From NCBI GenBank assembly GCA_964016885.1, contig CAXHJY010001570.1, positions 1 through 50,210 on the forward strand: 50,210 bases of DNA, in the 5' to 3' direction. Origin of the DNA: Eledone cirrhosa. Taxonomy: Eukaryota. The notes under the pieces are model-generated. The model was given only the letters and a program-made list of their open reading frames with translations, did no database searches and was not told the DNA's origin. A program made the position numbers and the translations under genes. Numbering within the stretch: position 1 is the stretch's first letter; each line of letters begins with the position of its first letter. This document shows positions 39,653-50,210 of the stretch, piece after piece.

Positions 39653-41289
39653 GGTATAGGGCATGTATATATGTATATATATATATAGTGTACATATATG
39701 TGTATATATATGTATATGTATATACATATGTGTATGTATATATATATAGTGTATGCATATGTGTATGTATATATATATAGAGAGAGAGAGGGGGGGGGCT
39801 ATACATGTATATATTTATTGATATAGTCTTCTTTAAATATGTGTGTATGTGTGTGTGTGTGTGTGTTTATACGTGGGTATGTGTGTATAAATGTTAGCAT
39901 TAAAGCAAATAGGCAAACAGATAAGAGACCTGTTATTTTCTAAACATTGTAGTATGTGTGTGTGAGAGTGTTACTGTGTGTGTGAGAGTGTTACTGTGTG
40001 TGTGTGAATGTTAGTGTGTGTGTATGTGTGAGTGTTAGTGTGTGTGTGTGTGTGTGTGTGTGAGAGTGTTATTGTGTGTGTGTGAGTGTTAGTGTGTGTG
40101 TATCTGTGAGTCTTAATGTGTGTGTGTGAGTGTTAGTGTGTGTGTGTGAGTGTTAGTTTGTGTGTGTGAGTGTTAGTTTGTGTGTGTGAGTGTTGATGTG
40201 TGTGTGAGTGTTGTGTTGAGTACACACACCGAGATAGAGAGAGAAGGAGGGTTTGATTGAAAGAGAATATGTGTGTATGACTCAAGAGAGAGGGGGGGGG
40301 GAATAGATAGGTAGATAGAAAGAGAGAGAGACGGACAGACAAACTGAGAGAGAGAGAGAGAGAGAGAAGGGGAGGACTTGATATAGTGAAACAACAAGGT
40401 TTCAGAATTCTGTCTGTTCTTTATATTTATAGTTTTAGTAATAAAATAGTGAAGTTGAAGTTGATCTCTGTAACAATTGGCTTCTATTTAGAAGTTTCTA
40501 AACTTTTCCACTGGGATTCATCTTAAAAGTGTCGGCATTGGAGTTTGCTTGACACACACATGGACACACACATGCTTCACATATACATATATACATGCAT
40601 ATACACATACATAAATACATATATACATACATGATGGCTGTAAACACTGCTAAGAGTATTGCAATCGCTTCTCAGATTACAGAAAATGGTGCACTTTTAG
40701 GCTACGGCCAGCCACACGAACCTGTAACATAATCTTTAACAAGCAATGCCTGAGCTTTGAAGGTTTTTTTAAGTGCGGGAAAGGCCTTACACTTGACCAA
40801 TCCCACTCCCTGAGCATCGAAAACACTACCTGAAAAGGAGAACTGGTCAACATCATCGGATGTTTCCGAAGCCGCAGGTTTTTTTTTTCAGAGTTTCCCT
40901 CTCTTAGAAAGGTGTTGTGACAACAACTGGGGCCCTTTCCCTCTTGGTGAAAAATAAATACAATCCATACATACATACCTATATACATGCATACATATAC
41001 CAGTCAAGTACTGGGGTCAATTCTTCCTCTATATCTCTTTCTCACTTCAATTCTCTCACTCTCTCTATCCTTCAGAGAGGAGATGGACTCCGCCATGTTT
41101 AAAAATGTCCTAGAAATGCTGTCTCTCAATACGGCACGCCGATGACTCCATCTGGAGTTACGGGACCACGCATACAAATTATGTCTAAGAAAACATTAAT
41201 GGGATGGGCAGAGTTGAAATGCATTGATCATAAGTTTGTTAGATCACAGAAAATTTGGAACTTTACAACAATACACCATATATGTTGCC

Positions 41290-41570
41290 TCATTAGGGTG
41301 GGTCAACCTGTTGAAAAAGGCAGACTCAATAAGGTGGCTAAACCTGTTGAAAAAAGCAGCCTCAATAAGGTGGCTGAACCTGTTGAAAAAGGCAGGCTCA
41401 ATAGGGTGGTCCAACCTTTTGAACCTGTTGAAAAAAGCAGGCTCAATAGGGCGATTCAATCTATGAAAAAGGAAGGCTCAACCTGTTGAAAAAAACAGGC
41501 TCAATACAGTGGCTCAACCTGTTGAAAGAATCAGTATCAATAGGGTGGCTCAACCTGTTGAAAAAAAGCA
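41290..41570 (+). repeat. Degenerate ~36-bp minisatellite (ctcaatagggtggctcaacctgttgaaaaaggcagg)
   Basis: aacctgttgaaa recurs about 7 times. Confidence 0.85.
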
Positions 41571-41621
41571 GCCAAATCCTACAGAAAGAGACAGACAAAG
41601 ACGAGACACAGACAGACAGAC

Positions 41622-41736
<115 letters not shown>

Positions 41737-42025
41737 CAGAGAGAAAAAAAAAGAAGAATCAAGCACCAGGAATTGACCTCTACTTTATTTATCAATCCAG
41801 GAAAGATGAAAAAGATGAAAAAGAAGCAAAGTTGACGAGACGAGGACTTGACTTCAGAGTACAGAGAGTTGTAACATTACTGCCATTAAACTACACACAC
41901 ATAACAACAACAGCAATAACAACAACAGCAAGAATAATAAACTAAAAGGCAAGCATATTTGTGAACTATTTTCTCTCCTTTTATCTTTCCTGTGAATCTT
42001 TCATTCTAATTTGAAATAAAATTAT

Positions 42026-42085
<60 letters not shown>

Positions 42086-42585
42086 ATGTGTGTATATACA
42101 TATATATATATGTGTGTGTGTGTGTAAATATATGTGTGTATATATATGTATATGTGTGTATATATATGTATATATGTGTGTATATATGCGTGTGTTTGTG
42201 TGTGTATATATATGTGTGTGTGTAAATATATATGTATATATGTGTGTATATATATGTATATATGTGTGTATATATATATCTATATATGTGTGTATATATG
42301 CGTGTGTTTGTGTGTATATATATATATCTATATATGTATATATACATTATTCCTTCCTCTATTGTACCCACCACCACCACTTGCACCACTGCACTAAATA
42401 ACAATGTAAAACCTGTACCTAAAGAGATTAACTCCCACTACACCCCACCTGCTGCTCCTACATTCTACTTACACATTGCCAAAAAACAGCCACTCTGCTG
42501 ACCTTTCCATGTTAGTTCCAGAACACTGACATTAATACATACAGATATGCATAAAGTGAATGATGGGCTTTGCATGTAGAACAGT

Positions 42586-42653
<68 letters not shown>

Positions 42654-42753
42654 AGAGAGAGAGAGAGAGAGAGGTGTGTAGTGAGAAAAGAAAAACAGAA
42701 ATGTATCTAAAATCTAAAAGTGCTGATCAAGAAGCATATATACACACAAACAT

Positions 42754-42784
<31 letters not shown>

Positions 42785-42974
42785 TCACACATTTATATAT
42801 GTGTATGTGTGTGTGTGTGTGTGTATGTATGTATTGTATATGTACATGTATGTATGTATATATATGCATACATACATATACATTTATTATACATTTATAG
42901 ACAAATCTTTGTTAGCAGGGAAAATGGCTGAGGATGATTACTTGATATATGCGTGGGTATGTGTGCAGGAGTGT

Positions 42975-43060
42975 CCGCACACATACACACACATACAGTA
43001 GAACCTTGGTTCATCAACTTAATTCGTTCCTGAATGCCGTTTGCCACCCAAAATGTTTGT
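42975..43060 (+). mobile_element. Tc1/mariner (pogo/Tigger-like) terminal fragment
   Basis: TA-CAGTAGAACCTTGGTT..AACTTAATTCGTTCC resembles Tigger-like termini (recalled). Confidence 0.45.
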
Positions 43061-43299
43061 CCCTTACAAAATCTCGAGAGAGAAATACAGTAAGAGAGAG
43101 AGAGACTGTGTGTGAAAGACAGATAGATATCACCATAGTAACTAACTACACCGCAAGAGAGGCTTCCCCGCTGATATTCCTAGCTTGTCACCATCTGTTG
43201 TTGCCGACGTGAGTGTTCATTACTCAAGGCACCGTTCACCACCCGAGATGCTTTATGTTAGGAAAAATTGTTCCCGAACCAATTCTGCGTATATCCTCG

Positions 43300-43510
43300 C
43301 CCAGGTCTCACTGCCATGTAACATAGCTGTTCCTATGCAGGCATCATACAGCCTGCTTTTCATTTTTAGAGAGAACCCTTTAGCGGCTAATAGTGGTATA
43401 AGCTCTCTGAACTTTTTCCATCCAGTTCTGACTCTAGCTACTGTACTTTCAGAGCACCCTCCACCACTGCTGATTTTGTCACCCAAGTAACGGAAGGTGT
43501 CCACTATTTT
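43300..43510 (-). mobile_element. RTE-clade LINE reverse transcriptase C-terminal fragment
   Basis: VDTFRYLGDKISSGGGCSESTVARVRTGWKKFRELIPLL..KSRLYDACIGTAMLHGSETW. Confidence 0.9.
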
Positions 43511-44300
43511 TATATATATAGATATATATATATATGTATATATAAATGTGTCACGAGAAAAAGCACCCAGTACATACTGTAAATGTAATTGGTGTTAGGA
43601 AGGGCATCCAGTTGTAGAAACCAAGCCAAAATCAGTTCTGTGTAAGCAAGACATGGTCATCTGACCTGGCTTGTCTCCCAACAAGATAACTTGTCTAACC
43701 TATGCTAGCATAGAAAAAAAAGAAACGGAGATGATGAAAAAACGACTGCTTTAAATCTTAAAGAGCAGCTTCTCAATCATGCAAATGTGTTCGTCCATGT
43801 GTCGGTGTGTGGGTATGTATGAGTGTGTGTATGTGTGTAGGTGAGTCAGTTTTCTACAATTAAAACAAGGCAACAACTTTTCAGAATGTCTAGAGTGTCC
43901 AATTGATCAAACAACTTGGAGACACATTGTAGAAACTGACTGAGATCGATTCTAACTTTATTGATAGGAAACTGTGGTACAGATAGTCTTGTACCTTATT
44001 GATTTCTAAAATAATCACACATTTGAAGATTCTATGAGAAGTTAGCTGACTTATGGATTCTAGCAACTTCATCTTTTGCCAAAGAATCACTGACAAATCT
44101 TAATTTCAGCTGTGGTGGAGGGAGTGTGGATCAAACTGAGAAAATATAGAGGTTCACAATGTATGGCATCTGAGCTCTCCCATTTCTGCCAATTGACCAA
44201 CAATTAAATAATACTTGAATAAGGCATGGTTCTTTTACCTGTCTAGTCTCTGGTCAGGACTAACCAGACCAAATTATGCCAGTATGGAAAGCAAATGAGG

Positions 44301-44329
44301 ATGGCAATGATGATGATGGCACACACAAA

Positions 44330-44395
<66 letters not shown>

Positions 44396-44652
44396 ATCAA
44401 GAGAAAGAGGGTTGGGTGGTTCTAGAAATGATAGCATTTATAAGGAACTGAAGACATTGAAAGGACAAATATGACCTTGTTGAGAATTGAACTCACAATG
44501 TAGAAAGCTTGAACAATACAAATGTGTGTGTATGGCAATGATGATGATGGTGAGCACACACACACACACACACACACACACAGCTTGTGGAGAGAAAGAG
44601 GGTTTGATGGTTCTAGAAAACGACAGCATTTATAATGAATTAAGGACACTGA
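44301..44652 (+). repeat. Diverged tandem duplication (~230-bp period) containing (CA)n
   Basis: atggcaatgatgatgatgg..(CA)n..gagaaagagggtt..ggttctagaaa..agcatttataa occurs twice. Confidence 0.8.
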
Positions 44653-44851
44653 TCATTTACAGTTGGCTATCATTTCCTATACGTCCACTAAACCATGAAC
44701 CAGCTAAGAGCAGTCAAACAGAAACTGGTTTTGATGAGTAGCTATCATTGAAGCAAGCTAGGTAATTCAGTAAGATAGTAATATTACTAACAACAATAGC
44801 AACAACAATAAGAGACACAGTGAAGATGACTCACTTTTCTTTTCATTTTTC

Positions 44852-44885
<34 letters not shown>

Positions 44886-45314
44886 CCATCATATTTTGAT
44901 GTGATTTTTTTTTCTTTATATTTTAGGCGTTGTTTTGTTGTACTTTGTGGAGTGTCATTGGTGTGTGTGTGTGTCTGTGTTTTCTAAAGGGTTGCCTTCA
45001 AGTCTTGCTTGTTTCTTACAAGATTTAGTTGGCTTATATGTTACATGATACTCAAAAGTGAGGAATTAATACTCAAAAATGTATGAATGAACGACAACAA
45101 ACAGGTTTAAAAAATAGATCATATATATATATATATGTGCGTATATATATACATACACACACTGAAATTCCATTATAACGAAAAATTCTTTATAATGAGA
45201 TTGACCTAACACATTGAACACATTGAGCGAGTGGCCGGGGTTTGAAAAACATTTTGTTATAATGGTATAAACAAAATTTTACCTGTATATATATACATAC
45301 TAACAAACAAATGA

Positions 45315-45370
<56 letters not shown>

Positions 45371-45373
<3 letters not shown>

Positions 45374-45569
45374 TAGTAACACAACAGTTAGTTCACCATA
45401 CCGAGAACAATTGTTTCACCTTAGCGGATCTTCAACTCGGGCTGGTAATGGTTATACAGAACAGGAAAAATAACCCTGTTCCGTATAACCATCACCAGTC
45501 CGAGTTGAAGATCCGCTAAGGTGAAACAATTGTTCTCGGTATGGTGAACTAGCTGTTGTTTTACTACTT
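45371..45569. repeat. Palindrome (~95-bp arms, 9-nt spacer) at the end of (TA)n-flanked insert 45371-45636
   Basis: Direct arm comparison. Confidence 0.95.
45500..45539 (+). ncRNA. Minimal type I hammerhead variant (C3U, U-U at base of stem II); mirror copy at ~45401-45440
   Basis: CCGAG-TTGAAGA-tCC(gctaa)GGt-GAAAC-AATT-GTT-CTCGG: 5-bp stem I, palindromic stem III ACAATTGT. Confidence 0.7.
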
Positions 45570-45808
45570 CTACCAAACTCGTCCCATGGACTGAGTGCTC
45601 TACCACTACGGATATTACCTTCCAGTGTTCTACCTTTATATATATATATATATATTAGGTTATGCAAGAAATGCTTAGGGTTATCCTAAATGCAGAAATA
45701 GTTAATTACTACACGAGATAGAGGTGACGTACGGTGAGGGGTTACTCAACGAGTTATGGAAGAATAGTTGAAGAAACTCAGTTTCCGATCCTTTTCTATT
45801 CCGGAGTG

Positions 45809-45929
45809 TAGATAAAAAATGAATAATAACAGGTAGACATCATAAAAAGATAATTTATTCCGAGTGCTAAGCACTCGGAATAAGTTACCTTTTTATGATG
45901 TCTACCTGTTATTATTCATTCTTTATCTA
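45809..45929. repeat. Palindrome (~59-bp arms, 3-nt loop) ending TA-flanked insert ~45656-45932
   Basis: ..ttattccgagtgc taa gcactcggaataa.. Confidence 0.95.
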
Positions 45930-46507
45930 TATAGGTTTCTAATTTAGCCACATGACCAGTAAATTTGGAGTAAGGACAAAGTTGATTAAATGAACCCCAG
46001 TCCTTCTTGTCATCTGCACAGTAGCTGGAGAGGCAGATGTTGACCAGTGAACCAGACCAAGGTCTCATTTGTAGCGTTATGGATTACCCCCCAGGCCACT
46101 GGGAAGACATTTGAAGGGGCCAACTCTGAACAACATGCAGTACTGTATGTGTTGTATATATGTATATATGTGTGTTGTGTGTGTTGTGTGTGTTATGTAT
46201 GTTGTGTGCATATGTGTTATATGCATTGTGTGTATGTGTATATATGTTGTGTGTTGTGTGTGTGTGCTTGTGTATGTTGTGTGTGTGTTTGTGTGTATGT
46301 ATAAGTGCATGCAATAAAAGTCAGTTTGGTTACTCAAAACAAAACTAACCAGTATTGAACAATCTATAAAGGGAAAGTGTTATTTATATTAAAATAATCA
46401 ACATTTACAGATTGATTGATTGATCTGTTCAGTTCAATACTCTTTCAGCATGTCAAGTTATAATGAAACAAAGACGAGAATTGATTGAAGTCAGTTAAAA
46501 TCTTAAC

Positions 46508-47008
46508 TTAACCCTTTAGCATTTACATTACTCAATATTTACTATTGTATTTTCACGGCAAAGACTTTACTTTATATAATTATCTCACATAATATCGAAT
46601 CTATAAGATTTTGATATGATTTATTTTGAGAACAATACTTTAACATCAGCATGAGTGGCCAGTTACTGCTGGTTTGAACAGGAAGAGGTGAGAGAATTCT
46701 AGCCGGATACACCAGTTTAAATGTTAAAGGGTTAATGAACTTTGTTAGTTCAAGAAATGGTTAATCCATTCTGAAACCAGGGGATGACATATTTATTTTC
46801 CCCTATATTACTAATATTCCATCTTAATTCCTCTTTTTTAACTTTCCTCCATTTTCCTAGACAATTTTCTCAATGGAAGCTATGCTGTCTAGATAGACGA
46901 TTCGCTTGATGCCACCCTATTATATATATATATATTTTTTTTTTTTTAACAGAAAAAAAGTGAGAGAATTGTAGCTGGATACGGCCGGTTTAAATGCTAA
47001 AGGGTTAA
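46508..47008 (-). mobile_element. Composite MITE A: full copy, 190 bp of flank matching 14065-14255, and a second MITE end
   Basis: 46508-46925 closely matches 13836-14255; 46948-47008 is an extra terminal segment ending AAAGGGTTAA. Confidence 0.85.
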
Positions 47009-47106
47009 GTAAAACAAAACAATACAATGCCAGCGAACATGTACAGGAAATCAAACAAATAAATGTGCAGTAAGCTTTGGTATATATATATATATATATA
47101 CACATA

Positions 47107-47162
<56 letters not shown>

Positions 47163-47183
47163 TTTCTGTGATTCTGTCACAAC

Positions 47184-47238
47184 ACGTAAAGAGAGAGGAG
47201 TAGTTTGACTACCTCCTACTACTCCCCTCTCTTTACGT
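47184..47238. repeat. Short inverted repeat (21-bp arms) next to (TA)n
   Basis: acgtaaagagagaggagtagt / actactcccctctctttacgt. Confidence 0.85.
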
Positions 47239-47734
47239 CTGCTGCCTGCGTGAATGTATGTGTGTAAAAGGTGAAAGAACTACACTGTATATGAATGTAT
47301 GTGTGTGTGAATGCATGTGTGTGTTTGTGTGAATGCATGTGTGTGTTTGTGTGAATGTATGTGTGTGTTTGTGTGACTGTATGTGAGTGAGCATAATTTT
47401 TGTAAGTGTGTCTGTGTTTGCGTGTTTATATTTATATACTCATACATATACACATATACACACACACATCAGCATACGGAAAACAATTCTAGTATGTATA
47501 AAATATTAAAAGTGACACACTGTCTGCTAATGGCATGAAAAGGTGGCCAGTTGAAAAAAATTACCTATTTTAAAATTTTTTGTGGATACAGTTCGGTATT
47601 TTTTACTGAATATTAATTTAATAATGGGTTTTTAGCCAAAAGATACAATTTCCCTCATGGTATTATATACTATACTTGAAAAAATAAAGTATTAGTTGAT
47701 AGCCAGAAATGCATCTAGCTATAGAAATCCAGCC

Positions 47735-47897
47735 TTAACCCTTCAACATTTACCAATGTGGTTGGCATCAGGAAGGGCATCCAAAGTAGAAAACCAGCCA
47801 GAAACACCTCTATATGAGCAAGACATGGTCACCCAACCCATCTTGCCTCTAAATGGGACCCGTCTAACCCATGCTAGCGTGGAAGATAGACGTTAAT

Positions 47898-47932
<35 letters not shown>

Positions 47933-48107
47933 ACTCTATGTTTACTATTATATTTTCACATAATATTGAATCTATGAGATTTTGATCTAATTTATTTTGA
48001 GAACAATACCTTAACATCAGTATGAGTGAACAGTTACAGCCGGTTTGAACAGAATGAGGTGAGAGAATTCTGGCTGGATATGGCTGGTTTAAATGCTAAA
48101 GGGTTAA
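47735..48107 (-). mobile_element. MITE family A interrupted by a SINE 3' fragment (~47753-47930, plus)
   Basis: TTAACCCTT start; MITE sequence resumes after (GAT)n and ends AAAGGGTTAA. Confidence 0.75.
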
Positions 48108-48549
48108 ATAGAAAGAAACTTGTCCAAACTCTTACTAGTATGGAAAATGCAGACATAAAGAAATTATTGATGATGATCATGATGATGGTGATGGTGAAGA
48201 TGATGGCGAAGATGATGATGATAATGATGATGATGCAGTAGTAGTAGTAGTAGTAGTAGTACATTTAGAGTAAATGTAGAGGCTGGCAAAATATAACTGA
48301 GACAAAATTATTCAAACAAACATCCGCCAGAATTAAATAGTTTTACAGACTGCTCTAGTTTCTTAACACTTAACATGCTGCAATATCAGAAAATATTTAT
48401 AAACGGGTTTGTTAATTCAAATGTTTATAGTATCTTATGACATATTTACTAGTGGACAGATCCGCATTCAAACTTGCAGCTTGCTGTACTAGGTAAAGCT
48501 TTAATTTTTTATGTGATAGTCATGGAACTGTTTTGTACTTTTCAAGAAT

Positions 48550-48935
48550 GACATTCTATAACAGCTTCATGTGATATAGGGCATGCTATAACAGTTTCAT
48601 GTGGAGTAGGACGTTTTAACATGGTTTCATGTGGTATATGGTGTTTTAACATGGTTTTGTGTGGTATAAGACGTTCTATAACAGTTTCATGTGGTATAGG
48701 ACATTTTATGACAGTTCATGTGGTATAGAGCATTCTATAACAGTTTCATGTGGTATAGGATATTCTAACAATCTCATGTGGTATAGGATATTCTAACAAT
48801 CTCATGTGGCATAGGACATTCTAACAATCTTATGTGGCATAGGACATTCTAACAATCTCATGTGGTACAGGACATTCTAACACACTCTCATGTGGTACAG
48901 GACATTCTAACATACTCTCGTGTGGTACAGGACAT
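48550..48935 (+). repeat. ~28-31-bp minisatellite (ggacattctaacaatctcatgtggtata), ~13 copies
   Basis: catgtggta recurs at regular spacing. Confidence 0.9.
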
Positions 48936-49111
48936 GTGTATTTCAACAAAAAAAAAAAAAATAATAATAATAATAATAATAATTACCACCAGTGATTTAA
49001 AAAAAAAAAAAATTTCTATATCTAAGTCATTCACGTACACAGGGAGATAGCTACACACACGTTTATATCCCTACATGGATAGATAGCTATACACACACAC
49101 ACACACACAGA

Positions 49112-49167
<56 letters not shown>

Positions 49168-49170
49168 ATG

Positions 49171-49736
49171 TCAGACCAGGTAATGTGTTGTTTCCTTGAG
49201 CAAGACACTTTATTTCACATTGCTCCAGTTTACTCAGCTGTAGAAATGAGATGATAGGAACTGGGATCCCTATCATTCAACTGCAAAGTGGTCGTGGAGG
49301 TGCCACGGCAAAAAAGCACCCAGCCCACTCTGTAAAGTGGTCGTGGAGGTGCCACGGCAAAAAAGCACCCAGCACTCACTGTAAAGTGGTCGTGGAGGTG
49401 CCACGGCAAAAAAGCACCCAGCACTCACTGTAAAGTGGTCGTGGAGGTGCCACGGAAAAAAAGCACCCAGTCCACACTGTAAAGTGGACGTGGAGGTGCC
49501 ACGGCAAAAAAGCACCCAGCCCACTCTGTAAAGTGGTCGTGGAGGTGCCACGGCAAAAAAGCACCCAGCACTCACTGTAAAGTGGTCGTGGAGGTGCCAC
49601 AGCAAAAAAGCACCCAGCACTCACTGTAAATGAGGTTAGTGTTAGGAAGGGCATCCAGCTGTAGAAATCAAGCCAGAATCAGTTTCCGTCCCACCCTTGC
49701 AAGCAGGGAAAAGCGGACGTAAAATGAAATGATGAT
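49171..49736 (+). mobile_element. 5'-truncated SINE family 1 with ~7 tandem 49-bp internal units
   Basis: gtggtcgtggaggtgccacggcaaaaaagcacccagcactcactgtaaa repeated between ~49288 and 49630. Confidence 0.9.
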
Positions 49737-50210
49737 ATATATATATATACAAATATATATATATATATATATTTGTAATAATAATAAATTTGAAGACTAA
49801 ATATATATAGTTATGTAATAAACAACATAAGATAATTATTTCATTTACCAGTGGTTTCTTGAAAGCAAACAAATCTGTTTTCAGTCGTCAGAATGAAAAA
49901 ATCCTGGTGTTTTTATTGAATGTGAATAAATATATATATCTATAATATTATAAAGCTGAGTGTCGTATGTATGTATCCTACACACCTCTCTATAGTTTGT
50001 TAGCTTTACTCTCTCCTTCGCTCTTCTCTCTCTCTATAATAGATCATTCCCCCTCTCTATAATTTAACTGCTTTACTCTCAGTCGCTCTTCAGTCTCAAA
50101 TATTATAAAGTTGAGCGTCGTCTCTCTCTCCCTCTTTCACCCTCTCTATAATGTAACTGCTTTACTCTGTCTCTCTTCACTCTCTATACGACAACACTCT
50201 TTTACCTTCT

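Noticed and set aside
40680-40960. Possible R4/Dong-like LINE 3' end (LRKVL*)
   Set aside because: Only a five-residue resemblance.
45160-45270. Inverted ccattataac/gttataatgg, mariner-MITE-like
   Set aside because: Too short and decayed, with no clear termini or target-site duplication.

Overview
AT-rich animal genomic DNA, most likely an octopus or other coleoid cephalopod (inferred from repeat style and recalled SINE motifs, not from a search). It is dominated by (TA)n/(CA)n/(GA)n microsatellites, tRNA-derived SINEs, LINE relics (RTE, Vingi/Ingi, CR1-like), TTAA-flanked piggyBac-type MITEs and minisatellites. Nearly all ORFs in the track are microsatellite artefacts. A chain of phase-compatible minus-strand exons (26212 to 3788) suggests most of the left half is intronic sequence of an unidentified Cys-containing protein gene. 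The main unexplained signal is a set of short inserts in or beside (TA)n tracts that are mostly unrelated in sequence but share one architecture: a terminal fold-back (palindrome), a minimal type-I hammerhead ribozyme with a palindromic stem III, and a TGAGT(A/G)C-like motif shortly before the (TA)n tract. They resemble Penelope-like or retrozyme-like mobile RNAs, and one shows a permuted unit junction. Other notable items: a MITE that appears to have captured 190 bp of flank from a copy 33 kb away, a SINE-internal 48-49 bp unit that seeds VNTRs, and an AG|GTAAGT recursive-splice-like site.
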